A DNA stretch of 64,000 nucleotides from an uncultured virus (IMG/VR IMGVR_UViG_3300044627_003120). Lineage: Duplodnaviria > Heunggongvirae > Uroviricota > Caudoviricetes. The translations under genes were made by a program, and so were the position numbers. The DNA is taken from IMG/VR virus record IMGVR_UViG_3300044627_003120. One strand, written 5' to 3'. Within the stretch, counting starts at the first letter, position 1. Every line of letters begins with the position of its first letter. This document shows positions 35,424 through 46,006 of the stretch, piece after piece. The notes below the pieces were generated by a model, which was not told where the DNA came from, searched no databases, and saw only the letters and a list, made by a program, of their open reading frames with translations.

Positions 35424-36089
35424 ATGGAAATTTTCTTAGAGAAAGAATTTGTGGATGCTAATTATGAGATAGAGGTTTGGCACGACCAAGTTCTTGCTAT
35501 TAAAAACTTTATATCGGATGAAGAGTTAGAAACAATTTGGCAAATAATCAATAACGCTACAGAAGCAGACTGGGGCATAGAATATACAAAAAATCTTGCT
35601 AGATTCTGCATGGAAAAATTTGGAAGAGACGACGTTGACAATCTGGTTGCTGAAGGCAAGTTTGAGATTACTCAAGGATGGCAAGACAAGAACCTGAACA
35701 TTGTTCATGAGCCAATCACTGTTACTCTACAAAGAAGACTTGGTAATTTAATTGCTCTTTCAGATCCATCTCTAGAACTTGCTGGGTTTGGAACATTGCA
35801 AAGAATGCAAGAAGGAGTTGAACTAAAGTCTCATACAGACCAGCACACTGACCCATCAATAAGATATGCTGCTATCTTGTACATTAATGATGACTATAAA
35901 GATGGAACATTATTCTTTGAAAACAAATCAGAATCTGATTTGAGACCAGCACCAAAGACATTGCTTATTTTTCCAGGAACAGAAGAATATGAGCATGGTG
36001 TAAGACCTGTAGGAAAAAATAGTCCAATAAGATATGTAACTGTTGGATTTATAAAAGTTAGAGGTTGGTATGAAAATAATAAATACTAA
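35424..36089 (+). CDS. 2OG-Fe(II) oxygenase, P4H-like
   Basis: HTD, YINDDY.DG, HGV, RYV. Confidence 0.85.
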   Translation: MEIFLEKEFVDANYEIEVWHDQVLAIKNFISDEELETIWQIINNATEADWGIEYTKNLARFCMEKFGRDDVDNLVAEGKFEITQGWQDKNLNIVHEPITVTLQRRLGNLIALSDPSLELAGFGTLQRMQEGVELKSHTDQHTDPSIRYAAILYINDDYKDGTLFFENKSESDLRPAPKTLLIFPGTEEYEHGVRPVGKNSPIRYVTVGFIKVRGWYENNKY

Positions 36090-36100
36090 GGAGAAATACT

Positions 36101-36718
36101 ATGGATAGAGAAATACTTGAAGAGAAGGTTTATTATTACACAAACGTAATTGAAGACCCAAAGAAACTTGTTGACGCAATTGAAAATGATAATAAAGATG
36201 AGTGGGGAGAGTGGATGGCTTGTAGTGGTCAGCACTACGTGTATGGAACCGACAAGACAATTGCTCCTTCAGAGGGAAATGACTATATCTATAAGACTTT
36301 AGAAAAAGCATTTGACGATGTTGCAAGAGATTATGCAAAGGCTCAAGGGATTACAGATGAGCCAAAGTTATTTCCTCAGTATCCAATTAAGAAGTATCAG
36401 CCAGGAACATTTATGGGCGCACACTTTGATCAGCAAGAGGGTGATGAAAGACTTAAGGTTTCTTTTGTAATGTATCTTAACGATGACTACGAAGGTGGAG
36501 AGATATCTTTTACAATTGCTTCTCCAGGAGGAATATTAACAGGAGCAAGACCTCCGTCAGATTTTGATCTTGCAGAAAAAGACACAAATTATACATTTGC
36601 AGTAAAGCCAAAAGCAGGAAGTATTATTGTTTTCCCTCCATCACCACCATATCATCACACTGCTCACTTAGTAAAAAGTGGTGAAAAGATAATGGTTCCT
36701 CAGCACTGGATCCACTAA
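36101..36718 (+). CDS. 2OG-Fe(II) oxygenase, P4H-like
   Basis: HFD, YLNDDYEGGEI, HTA, K. Confidence 0.85.
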   Translation: MDREILEEKVYYYTNVIEDPKKLVDAIENDNKDEWGEWMACSGQHYVYGTDKTIAPSEGNDYIYKTLEKAFDDVARDYAKAQGITDEPKLFPQYPIKKYQPGTFMGAHFDQQEGDERLKVSFVMYLNDDYEGGEISFTIASPGGILTGARPPSDFDLAEKDTNYTFAVKPKAGSIIVFPPSPPYHHTAHLVKSGEKIMVPQHWIH

Positions 36719-36815
36719 ACAATAAACCTAAACAACATATTTAGGTAGAGTTTTACTTTTTTGAAAACTCTGCTATACTTAACACTATTCCGTTTTTGAA
36801 AGGACGATACGCATT

Positions 36816-38849
36816 ATGTCAGATTTTTTTAGTTTTAAACTTCCAGAGGACTTTGTAGAAAAGTATAAAGCACAAGAGAGCCCGTTTGGTTTTAAAGATG
36901 CAGCAGAAAACTCACTTGGAGAAATTACTTTTATTCGTACATATTCTCGAATGAAGGAAGATGGAACTAAAGAAAGATGGCACGAAGTTTGTCGTCGTGT
37001 AATCGAGGGTATGTATTCAGTACAAAAGAATCATGCTAAAGAAAATCGTCTACCATGGAATGACTACAAGGCTCAGAAGTCTGCACAAGAAGCATTTCAA
37101 AGAATGTTTGAATTGAAGTGGACACCACCAGGACGAGGCATGTGGGCATTTGGAACTCCTATGACCATGGAGAAAAAGAACTCTGCAGCACTACAAAACT
37201 GTGCAATGGTTTCAACAAAGGATCTTGACAAGAATGATCCAGGAGCACTATTTGCTTGGGTGATGGATGCACTGATGCTTGGTATTGGTGTAGGGTTTGA
37301 TACAGTGGGACAGGATAAGAATTTCTCAATCTATACCCCAACAGAACCAGAACAGGTGTTCGAAATTCCAGACACTCGTGAAGGCTGGGTAGAGTCAGTC
37401 AGACTTCTTATCAATTCATACCTTAGAGCAAACCAGAGCATCCAAAAGTTTAACTATGATTTGATTAGGCCTCTTGGAGCACCCATTAAAGGCTTTGGAG
37501 GCGTTGCATCAGGACCTGCACCTCTTATCAAGTTACACGACCAGATAGACCGTGTAATAGGCTCCAGAGGCGGAGAAACGCTAGACTCTCGTGCCATCGT
37601 AGACTTGGTTAACCTAATTGGTACCTGCGTGGTATCAGGCAATGTCCGTAGATCAGCAACACTCGCTTTGGGTACTGCAGGGGATGAAACATTTATGAAC
37701 CTAAAGAACTCAGAGATGTTCCCAGAGCGTAACTCATTTGACCCAGAAAATCCAGGTTGGGCTTGGATGTCTAATAATTCTATTTCAGCAGAAGTAGGAA
37801 CAAAGTACGAAGACTATGTAGATTTAATTACTGAAAACGGAGAACCAGGTTTTATCTGGCTTGATGTTGCTCGTAATTATGGACGACTAAAGGATGCGCC
37901 AGACGGTAAGGATTATCGTGTGATGGGATTTAACCCATGTGCGGAGCAGCCATTGGAATCATACGAATTATGTACACTTGTAGAAGTGCACTTGAATCGT
38001 CATGAATCTAAGGAAGACTTCCTGCGTACCCTGAAGTTCGCATACCTTTATGGAAAGACTGTTACACTTGTTCCAACACACTGGCCACAAACAAACGGTA
38101 TCATGCAACGCAATCGTCGTATTGGTACATCACTAACAGGTATTGCATCATTTGCAGATCAAAAGGGTTTGCCAATTGTTCGTGAGTGGATGGATGAAGG
38201 ATACAACAAGATTCGTCACTATGACCACCAGTATTCAGAATGGCTATGTGTTCGTGAATCAATTCGTGTAACAACAGTTAAGCCATCAGGATCAGTTTCA
38301 ATTCTTTCTGGGGCAACTCCTGGAGTTCACTGGGGACCTGGAGGAAACTTCTTCCTTCGTGCAGTTCGATTTGGAAATACAGATCCAATGATGCATTTGT
38401 TCAAAGCAGCGGGGTACACAATTGAAGATGACGTAGTGTCAGCAAATACATCAGTAGTTTACTTCCCAATTAAGTCAGGTCATCCAAGATCTGAAAAGGA
38501 TGTAACACTATTTGAAAAGATTGCCCTTGCTGCAACTGCTCAAAAGTACTGGTCTGATAATGGTGTTTCTGTAACTCTTTCATTTGACAAGGAAACAGAG
38601 TCAAAGCATGTTGTTCCAGCGCTGCATATGTACGAGGGACAATTAAAGGCAGTTTCGTTCCTACCAATGGGAAATCACACATATCCGCAACAGCCATATA
38701 CTCAGATTACTGAAGAGCAGTATGAGTCATATATTGGCAAGTTAAAGCACATTGATTTTTCTGCTATCTATGACGGAGCAGAAAATCTTGAGGCTCAAGG
38801 AGAAATGTACTGCACCACTGACTACTGTGAAATTAAAATAAATAAGTAG
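36816..38849 (+). CDS. nrdJ: Class II (adenosylcobalamin-dependent) ribonucleotide reductase, monomeric RTPR type
   Basis: PPGRG, LQNCA, NVRRSA, NPCAEQ.L...ELC, TTVKPSG, C-terminal CTTDYC; no beta subunit nearby. Confidence 0.9.
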   Translation: MSDFFSFKLPEDFVEKYKAQESPFGFKDAAENSLGEITFIRTYSRMKEDGTKERWHEVCRRVIEGMYSVQKNHAKENRLPWNDYKAQKSAQEAFQRMFELKWTPPGRGMWAFGTPMTMEKKNSAALQNCAMVSTKDLDKNDPGALFAWVMDALMLGIGVGFDTVGQDKNFSIYTPTEPEQVFEIPDTREGWVESVRLLINSYLRANQSIQKFNYDLIRPLGAPIKGFGGVASGPAPLIKLHDQIDRVIGSRGGETLDSRAIVDLVNLIGTCVVSGNVRRSATLALGTAGDETFMNLKNSEMFPERNSFDPENPGWAWMSNNSISAEVGTKYEDYVDLITENGEPGFIWLDVARNYGRLKDAPDGKDYRVMGFNPCAEQPLESYELCTLVEVHLNRHESKEDFLRTLKFAYLYGKTVTLVPTHWPQTNGIMQRNRRIGTSLTGIASFADQKGLPIVREWMDEGYNKIRHYDHQYSEWLCVRESIRVTTVKPSGSVSILSGATPGVHWGPGGNFFLRAVRFGNTDPMMHLFKAAGYTIEDDVVSANTSVVYFPIKSGHPRSEKDVTLFEKIALAATAQKYWSDNGVSVTLSFDKETESKHVVPALHMYEGQLKAVSFLPMGNHTYPQQPYTQITEEQYESYIGKLKHIDFSAIYDGAENLEAQGEMYCTTDYCEIKINK

Positions 38850-38874
38850 CCTTCTGTGGTAAAATAGACTTATA

Positions 38875-41800
38875 ATGTCTAGTTCATCAAACCTATATGC
38901 AGAAAAAATATATGCAGAACATCCCATTGCTCTTTGGGCATTGGATGACGTTGCAGATTATATTAGTTTAATTGATGAGTCTGATAGAGATGTAACCTCT
39001 TGGACAATAACCAATGGAACTGCGGTCAATCATGCTACTACTGACGAGCCATTTATAGACAGTCAAACAACAAAAATTACAGGAATTCTTACAGAGAATG
39101 ACTTTGGACAAATTACTTGTATAAGCAATAATATAGTTAACTTTTCATCTTTAAACGATACTTTGTCTACATTCTCAGTAGGTGCATTTTTTAACTCAAT
39201 AAGTGCCTATGCCTCTAGTTTTGAAATTGGTTATGAATACTATGACACAACTTCAGGAAGCACGATTCAAAGACTTAAGTCTTATACAACATCGGTTAAA
39301 GACAAGTGGTTTTTTATCTCTGAAACATTTGATATTCCAGAAGATAATACAGAGTTTAGAATTGTATTAAAGATCAATTATATTGGTGGTGCATCAAGCG
39401 TAGACGATTACGAATTTCTTGTTAATGGCATTACCGCTGGCCAATGGTGTGAAGAGTTTAACTCATCATCTTTGGGTGTTCAAAAAATATCAATACCATC
39501 AGATATAGCATTAAGTCCATATTTTGGAATTGAAGCAAACGCCTATGGATTACAAAACAATAAAGGATATTATTTAGTTAAAGACAATAGTCTTATGGCA
39601 AAGAACACTGGTATTCCACTTGTATATGGAGCATCAAACCTTACAAAACTTTTACCAAACAATGGAGATCCTTCTTTAATTATTCCAGGCTTAGGATTTT
39701 TATCTGAGGTAGGCCAATACAAAGAGTATACATTGGAGGCTTGGCTTAGAATCAACTCTGACTCATCGACCATTAAAAGAATTATTGGTCCAATTAGTTC
39801 TGATGATGGTGTTTATGTTGACGGGCCATTTCTTACTTTAAAGATTGGAAGTAGTTCTGGCTCTTATTATGTTGGCGAATGGACAAGACCAATGTTGATG
39901 CATGTTCGCATTTCAGAAAACTATGCATCTATGCTCATAAATGGCGAAGAAGTTATATCTCTTAACTATATAACTTCAGAACTACAACTACCTTCAAAAC
40001 TTAATTCTTTTGAAAAAGATCAAGACTGGATTGGGTTTTATGCATACGAAGATGTATCCCCAGTAGAACTTGATTGCGTTGCAATTTATACGTATCAAGT
40101 ACCTCTAGTATTAGCAAAGAAAAGATTTATATACGGACAAGGTGTTGAATTTCCAGAGGGAATTAATCAGGCATATAGTGGATCATCAGTTTACATAGAC
40201 TATCCCTTTGCAGATTATACAAACAACTACTCTTATCCAAACATTGGAAAGTGGAGTCAGGCAGTAGTTGATAACCTTTCTGTAGAAAACAATATGCTTT
40301 GCACACCAGAATATTCATTGCCAGAAATAGTTTTAGGGTCATCTAATATTGACGGTTTATATTCTCAACTACAAACAATGCAAAATGAAAGTGAGAAATT
40401 CTTTTCTTTTAGCCCAGTGCAAAATGGATATATGTATTTTGATAACTTAAACTTTTTAAATCAAAAGATTAGTTCGTTCTACGGATCGTTTAAATTTTTG
40501 CAAGAGCCAACAACAAAGCAAATACTTTTTAGGATAGAGTCTCAAAATTCTTCAGACTACTTTGAGATATCTACAGTCAATAGCGATGTTGTATATAGTT
40601 TAAAGTATGGCTCAGTTGAGCCAACAACGCTTGCAACATTTTCATGGTATGACGAAAATGCACTTGCTGGGATTACTGTAAATGAGATATTTTCTGCAGG
40701 GCTAGACATAGAAAAAGTTTCTAAATACTTTGGAGGAAATGTTGCATCATTCTTTGGTAACGCAAACACCCTTAAGTTTTATATAGGCGGAAAGTCAGAC
40801 CTCACAGAAACTTTTTCTGGAAAAATTTATAAAGTTGGTTTTTGTACAGCAAGAAATCATAAAAAAATTGAGCACTTGTTTAATGAAAGAGGAATTCCTA
40901 TAAGTGGTGAAAACGTTTTTTATCTGTATGCAGATACAGTTGACGTAGAATACAATTCAACAGATAACTATTTTGGAACTAATCCTGCAGAATGGGATGA
41001 AATTATTGATTCAGGAGGAGTAAACTCTTACTCAATAGAAGGATTTCAAGAGCACACAGCAAGTTATACTCTATCTCCATCTTCATATTTTGAAAATTAC
41101 ACATTAGATATTGACGTTCAGGGCTATTGGGAAGACTACATTCCTCTTACATATTTTGCTCAATATATCAAAGACGAAAAAGGCAAAGAGTTATATGACT
41201 TAGATTTAATTCAATTTAACATTAATTACCCAGCGCCATCTGTATTTGTTGAAGAAGAACAAACTGGCTCTTGGACTTACAAAGAACTATATGATGAGTA
41301 TAACATTCCAACACAAAGAACATATTCATCACTAGATAATCAGTTGTTTACTGGTTATTTAAACTATGATGATTTAAAAAATAGAGCGTACAAAAACTAT
41401 AAGTATGATACGTCAAATGCTTTAGTAAAATCGTATATTACTTTTCAATATATTGAAAATGGTACAAACCTGCCAGAATCAAATTTTGTTAACAGTGAAA
41501 AACCATCAAATGATTCTTTTGTTGTTCCAGGAGAAAACTGGATTAACACAAAGTATGAAGTAGTTAATAATATGATTATTTACCCACCATCAAATGCAAG
41601 AGCACTTGACCTTGCAATAGTAACTCATTTAGATTTTAATGTAAAGGGAATATTAAAGAATAGAGTTAAACTTAGAAACCTTGAGTATGCTTCTCAAGCA
41701 TTTAACTCAACATCTCCAAACCCTATTGGCACAAGATTTGGCAATGAAATATATCCATACAAAAAGTCTGGTTTCTACTATGACTACAAAGACAGAAACC

Positions 41801-42585
41801 CTTTTACAATTTATAAGGGCAGTTCTCCATATCTATATCTAACAAGATATACTGGCATAGAGTTAAAGGGTGTTTATGATCCACTAATTAACCGTGGTCT
41901 TTCAATTCCAATAAATAAAACTATGGCAGAAAATTACAAAGTAATAGCACTACAGACAGCCATAAGGTATGACCAAGATGCATTCCCATATGGTTCAACA
42001 GAAATATTTGAGATAAAGTCAAGAAACAGCCACATAAAGTTTTATATGGTAGCCATTCATCCAAGCGGAGAGAGAGCAAAAATTTATGCAATCAATGCAA
42101 AGACTGGAAGGCTAGAAGACGGTATATCTTTTTATTGGAATGGCAAACTTGTAAAAGAGCCAGTCATTACAGTAAAAGAATGGGGATTCTTAGGTATATC
42201 TTTCCCAAACATCTTAGACTTTAAAAATAGGGTTGGATCAATAAATCTTAATGGACCCATTACGTTCAACACCATATCTTACTACCAGTCTACAAACCTT
42301 CAAGAGGTTCAGCAGGTAGAGATTCGACCATGGTTTGCTGTTAAGTATGCAAGCCCACTTACTCTTGAATGGGACTACTGGCAGTCTTCAGCCTTTATTT
42401 GGGATGGGGTCTTAGTCTTGGCTTCAAGCAGTTATTACGGAGTAAACCCAGAAACAATATATAAGAGTTATACAGGAACAAATAAGATTATTATTGACAC
42501 AGACAAGGTGTTTACGGTAAACGGATATGAGTACAACGTATATAAAGGTATAACTTCGCAACAAACCACTGTCGATGCTGTCTAA
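38875..42585 (+). CDS. Large virion protein with LamG/concanavalin-like domains
   Basis: P.ALWALD, YTLEAWLR, INGEEV; 1236 aa, upstream of head genes. Confidence 0.6.
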   Translation: MSSSSNLYAEKIYAEHPIALWALDDVADYISLIDESDRDVTSWTITNGTAVNHATTDEPFIDSQTTKITGILTENDFGQITCISNNIVNFSSLNDTLSTFSVGAFFNSISAYASSFEIGYEYYDTTSGSTIQRLKSYTTSVKDKWFFISETFDIPEDNTEFRIVLKINYIGGASSVDDYEFLVNGITAGQWCEEFNSSSLGVQKISIPSDIALSPYFGIEANAYGLQNNKGYYLVKDNSLMAKNTGIPLVYGASNLTKLLPNNGDPSLIIPGLGFLSEVGQYKEYTLEAWLRINSDSSTIKRIIGPISSDDGVYVDGPFLTLKIGSSSGSYYVGEWTRPMLMHVRISENYASMLINGEEVISLNYITSELQLPSKLNSFEKDQDWIGFYAYEDVSPVELDCVAIYTYQVPLVLAKKRFIYGQGVEFPEGINQAYSGSSVYIDYPFADYTNNYSYPNIGKWSQAVVDNLSVENNMLCTPEYSLPEIVLGSSNIDGLYSQLQTMQNESEKFFSFSPVQNGYMYFDNLNFLNQKISSFYGSFKFLQEPTTKQILFRIESQNSSDYFEISTVNSDVVYSLKYGSVEPTTLATFSWYDENALAGITVNEIFSAGLDIEKVSKYFGGNVASFFGNANTLKFYIGGKSDLTETFSGKIYKVGFCTARNHKKIEHLFNERGIPISGENVFYLYADTVDVEYNSTDNYFGTNPAEWDEIIDSGGVNSYSIEGFQEHTASYTLSPSSYFENYTLDIDVQGYWEDYIPLTYFAQYIKDEKGKELYDLDLIQFNINYPAPSVFVEEEQTGSWTYKELYDEYNIPTQRTYSSLDNQLFTGYLNYDDLKNRAYKNYKYDTSNALVKSYITFQYIENGTNLPESNFVNSEKPSNDSFVVPGENWINTKYEVVNNMIIYPPSNARALDLAIVTHLDFNVKGILKNRVKLRNLEYASQAFNSTSPNPIGTRFGNEIYPYKKSGFYYDYKDRNPFTIYKGSSPYLYLTRYTGIELKGVYDPLINRGLSIPINKTMAENYKVIALQTAIRYDQDAFPYGSTEIFEIKSRNSHIKFYMVAIHPSGERAKIYAINAKTGRLEDGISFYWNGKLVKEPVITVKEWGFLGISFPNILDFKNRVGSINLNGPITFNTISYYQSTNLQEVQQVEIRPWFAVKYASPLTLEWDYWQSSAFIWDGVLVLASSSYYGVNPETIYKSYTGTNKIIIDTDKVFTVNGYEYNVYKGITSQQTTVDAV

Positions 42586-42603
42586 TATGGTATACTTGAG
42601 TAT

Positions 42604-43008
42604 ATGAACATGCAAGATCCACGTAAAAAAAAGAAGCAACTGCCTAAAATGAAGGGGCAAGTGGGTGAGTCTCGTGCAAAAATTATTGAAAAGCATTATG
42701 ACTGGGGCCTATATGTTTATAAGAAGGCTAACGGTAAGTGGTTTACAGACGGAAATGGTTCAGTGTTAAACATTGAGTCCATGAAAGGTGACATTATGCA
42801 GATCTCTAAACTAAAGGAAGCAGCAAAATATTACGGGGACGAAGGAGATGGCGAGTGCATCTTCGTACCAGGACTAACAAGAATTTCAGAAGAAGAATAC
42901 TCTGAGCAAAAGCAAAGATTATCAGAAGGACTTATCCCTTCTATGAACGATCTTGGTGCAGTACAAGCAGCCAAGGATACTATTGCAAAATATGGAAGTG
43001 ATGACTAA
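42604..43008 (+). CDS. Hypothetical protein coupled to the portal gene
   Basis: 134 aa, leaderless, TAATG overlap with portal. Confidence 0.7.
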   Translation: MNMQDPRKKKKQLPKMKGQVGESRAKIIEKHYDWGLYVYKKANGKWFTDGNGSVLNIESMKGDIMQISKLKEAAKYYGDEGDGECIFVPGLTRISEEEYSEQKQRLSEGLIPSMNDLGAVQAAKDTIAKYGSDD

Positions 43009-44615
43009 TGAGTGAAGACAAAGAGTTTTTTATTAGAGCAAAGACAGACACACCACTTCCAGAAGATGATACTTTTATAAAGCAAGATCCATTTAACCAG
43101 TCTTGGGATATAATAAAAGATCTTCAAGGATTAGATTCTAACTTTAAAAGAAGAACTTCTCGTCTTATAAAAGGAGAAGCAACACAAGGATATATTGATA
43201 GTTCACGAGCAGAAAGCACAGGCCGTGATGGAGCAAAGTCTAAAGAAATTAATTCAGGAACTGTATTTAGAAATGCATACGGACTATTTGATGTGATTAC
43301 ACCACCATGGAATTTATACGAACTTGCAAGTTTTTATGATACCTCTTTTGCTAACCATGCAGCAATTGATGCTAAAGTAGAAAACATTGTTGGACTTGGA
43401 TATGAGTTTAAGATATCAAAAAGAACAATGCTTAAATTAGAAGCGTCAGAACCAAAAACAGCAGAGAATGCACGTAAGAGAATTGAAAGAGCAAAGATTG
43501 AATTGACTGACTGGCTTGAGTCATTAAATACAGAAGATTCATTTACCACTACAATGGAAAAAGTCTTCACTGATTTGCAGGCAACAGGAAACGGATACCT
43601 TGAAATAGGAAGAACTGTTCGTGGAGACATTGGGTACGTAGGACACATTCCTTCTACAACAATGCGTGTTCGTCGTCTTCGTGATGGATTTGTTCAGGTT
43701 ATTGCAAACAAAGTAGTTTACTTCCGCAACTTTGGAGCAACAAATCCAAACCCACTTGGAACAGATGCACGACCAAATGAGATTATTCACTTTAAGGAAT
43801 ATTCACCATTAAATACTTTTTACGGTGTACCAGACATAATGTCTGCAATTGGTTCACTACATGGAGACCAACTTGCATCACAGTACAACATTGACTATTT
43901 TCAAAACAAGGCAACTCCAAGATATGTAGTAACATTGAAAGGCGCAAAGTTGTCTGCAGAGGCAGAAGACAAGATGTTTAGATTCTTGCAGACTGGACTT
44001 AAAGGTCAAAACCACAGAACTCTTTATATTCCTTTGCCAGGAGACTCTGACACAAACAAGGTAGAGTTTAAGATGGACCCAGTTGAAAATGGAGTTCAGG
44101 AAGCATCATTCAAGGAGTACAGAAAACAAAACCGTGATGACATTCTTGTTGCTCACCAGGTTCCTCTTTCTAAGATCGGTGGGTCAGACTCTGCAGCCAT
44201 CGCAGCAGCACTTTCCCAGGATAGAACATTTAAAGAGCAGGTTGCACGACCAGCACAAAGAAACCTTGAAAAGATGATCAACAAAATCATCAAGGAAAAA
44301 ACAGACATTCTTGAGTTTAAGTTTAATGAACTTACACTTACAGATGAAATTGCTCAGTCACAGATTATTGAAAGACTTGTTAAGACACAGGTAATGCTTC
44401 CTAACGAAGGAAGAGAACTTCTTGGTTTGCCTCAGATCGAAGGCGGTAATGAACCGTTTGATCCAAAGGCTCAAGACACAGCAAATGCTAACGCAAACAG
44501 ACAAAGAGATACCGAAAGAACGAACAATCAGTCTGATGGACCAGCCACAGTAAGTGGAAGAAATCCAAAGGGCGAAGGTCGTAAATCTGAAGACGTGTCC
44601 GATATGTCCAAATAG
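43008..44615 (+). CDS. Portal protein
   Basis: TGNGYLE, EIIHFK, YGVP, YFQNKATP, AHQVP, NEGRE.LGLP.IEGG. Confidence 0.9.
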   Translation: MSEDKEFFIRAKTDTPLPEDDTFIKQDPFNQSWDIIKDLQGLDSNFKRRTSRLIKGEATQGYIDSSRAESTGRDGAKSKEINSGTVFRNAYGLFDVITPPWNLYELASFYDTSFANHAAIDAKVENIVGLGYEFKISKRTMLKLEASEPKTAENARKRIERAKIELTDWLESLNTEDSFTTTMEKVFTDLQATGNGYLEIGRTVRGDIGYVGHIPSTTMRVRRLRDGFVQVIANKVVYFRNFGATNPNPLGTDARPNEIIHFKEYSPLNTFYGVPDIMSAIGSLHGDQLASQYNIDYFQNKATPRYVVTLKGAKLSAEAEDKMFRFLQTGLKGQNHRTLYIPLPGDSDTNKVEFKMDPVENGVQEASFKEYRKQNRDDILVAHQVPLSKIGGSDSAAIAAALSQDRTFKEQVARPAQRNLEKMINKIIKEKTDILEFKFNELTLTDEIAQSQIIERLVKTQVMLPNEGRELLGLPQIEGGNEPFDPKAQDTANANANRQRDTERTNNQSDGPATVSGRNPKGEGRKSEDVSDMSK

Positions 44616-44653
44616 TGATACTTCAATAAAAAAGGGTATATAATAGAATAACC

Positions 44654-45970
44654 ATGATTATATCAAAAGCACATTGGAATTCCGATGGTGATAATCTTCG
44701 CCTATCTATGCCTTTAACTAAGGTAGATAAAGAACGTAGAATCGTTTCTGGTTTTGCATCCCTTGACAATATTGACAAGCAGGATGACATTGTAACAGCC
44801 GAAGCATCAATGAATGCATTTGCAAAGTTTCGTGGTAACATCAGAGAAATGCATCAGCCAGTAGCCGTAGGAAAGATGGTAGATTTTAAAGAAGATAGGT
44901 ATTTTGATCCAGAAACCAAGAAGTTCTATAAGGGTGTATTTGTTTCAGCATATGTTTCAAAGGGCGCACAAGATACTTGGGAAAAGGTTCTAGATGGAAC
45001 GCTAACTGGTTTTTCTATTGGTGGACGAATGAATAAGTGGGACGATGCTTATGATGAGAAAGCAGATAAGACAATTAGAGTTATTAAGGAATATGATTTA
45101 GTGGAGTTGAGTCTTGTGGATTCCCCTGCTAATCAATTTGCAAATATTGTTTCAGTAGAAAAAGTTGACGGTGTAGATGTTATCAAGGGTGACTCAACTG
45201 TCTTAGAAAATGTTTTTTATGACAAGGAAAATGGAATAGTTATAGCATCTGAAAATGAATCAGAACTTAGCCCGATTACTGGTGAGCAGATGGAAAACAT
45301 AGGATTCGTTGAAAAAACGGATAGCGAAAAAACAAACATGATAAAATTCTTAGTTGATAGTGCTAAAGGCATTAATACTTCTAAGATTAACAAGGAGGTA
45401 CAACCTATGACAGCAAACACAGAAACAGTTGCAGAAGTTATTGAAACAGAAGCATCAGTAGAAGTAGAAAAGTCAGAGGTCGCTCCAGAGGTTGATGCCG
45501 TAGTTGAGGCACCTACAGAAGAAGTTGCTAAGGCTGACGAAGCCCTAGTATCTGAAGAAGTTGCAAAGTCTGAAGAGACTCCTGCAGTTGATGTAGTTGA
45601 AGAAGTTACAGAAGTATCTAAATCAGATGAGGCAGTTGTTGACTCAGTTGCTGAAATCAAGAACACTCTAGAATCAGCCTTTAGCGATCTAGTTTCAACA
45701 GTTAAGTCTTTGCAGGCAGAAGTAGAAATGCTTAAGTCTACAAAGGTGGATGTTGAGACAGCAAAACAATCATTTGAAGCAGTTGCAAAAGATATTGCAG
45801 CAGCAACAAATACATTCAATGAATTTGGTAAGCGTGTGGAACTTGTAGAGCAAGACACTGCTTTCCGAAAGTCTGGCGATCTCGGCGAGATAGTACAGAA
45901 TCAACCTGAAACGGTTGAAAAATCCCTATGGGGCGGTAGTTTCCTCAAAACAGCCGACTTATTCAATTAA
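44654..45970 (+). CDS. HK97-type prohead protease fused to an acidic scaffold
   Basis: REMH, GFSIGG, ELSLVDSPAN; E/V/A-rich C-half. Confidence 0.85.
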   Translation: MIISKAHWNSDGDNLRLSMPLTKVDKERRIVSGFASLDNIDKQDDIVTAEASMNAFAKFRGNIREMHQPVAVGKMVDFKEDRYFDPETKKFYKGVFVSAYVSKGAQDTWEKVLDGTLTGFSIGGRMNKWDDAYDEKADKTIRVIKEYDLVELSLVDSPANQFANIVSVEKVDGVDVIKGDSTVLENVFYDKENGIVIASENESELSPITGEQMENIGFVEKTDSEKTNMIKFLVDSAKGINTSKINKEVQPMTANTETVAEVIETEASVEVEKSEVAPEVDAVVEAPTEEVAKADEALVSEEVAKSEETPAVDVVEEVTEVSKSDEAVVDSVAEIKNTLESAFSDLVSTVKSLQAEVEMLKSTKVDVETAKQSFEAVAKDIAAATNTFNEFGKRVELVEQDTAFRKSGDLGEIVQNQPETVEKSLWGGSFLKTADLFN

Positions 45971-46006
45971 AAAACAAATAAGTAAAAAATCACAGGAGGT
46001 GACAAT

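Noticed and set aside
36726..36746. Possible NrdR box (acctaaacaacatatttaggt) upstream of nrdJ
   Set aside because: Only a partial match and a single copy; equally explained as a short inverted repeat
42604..43008. Small terminase subunit, by position before the portal
   Set aside because: No recognisable motif and no large terminase nearby
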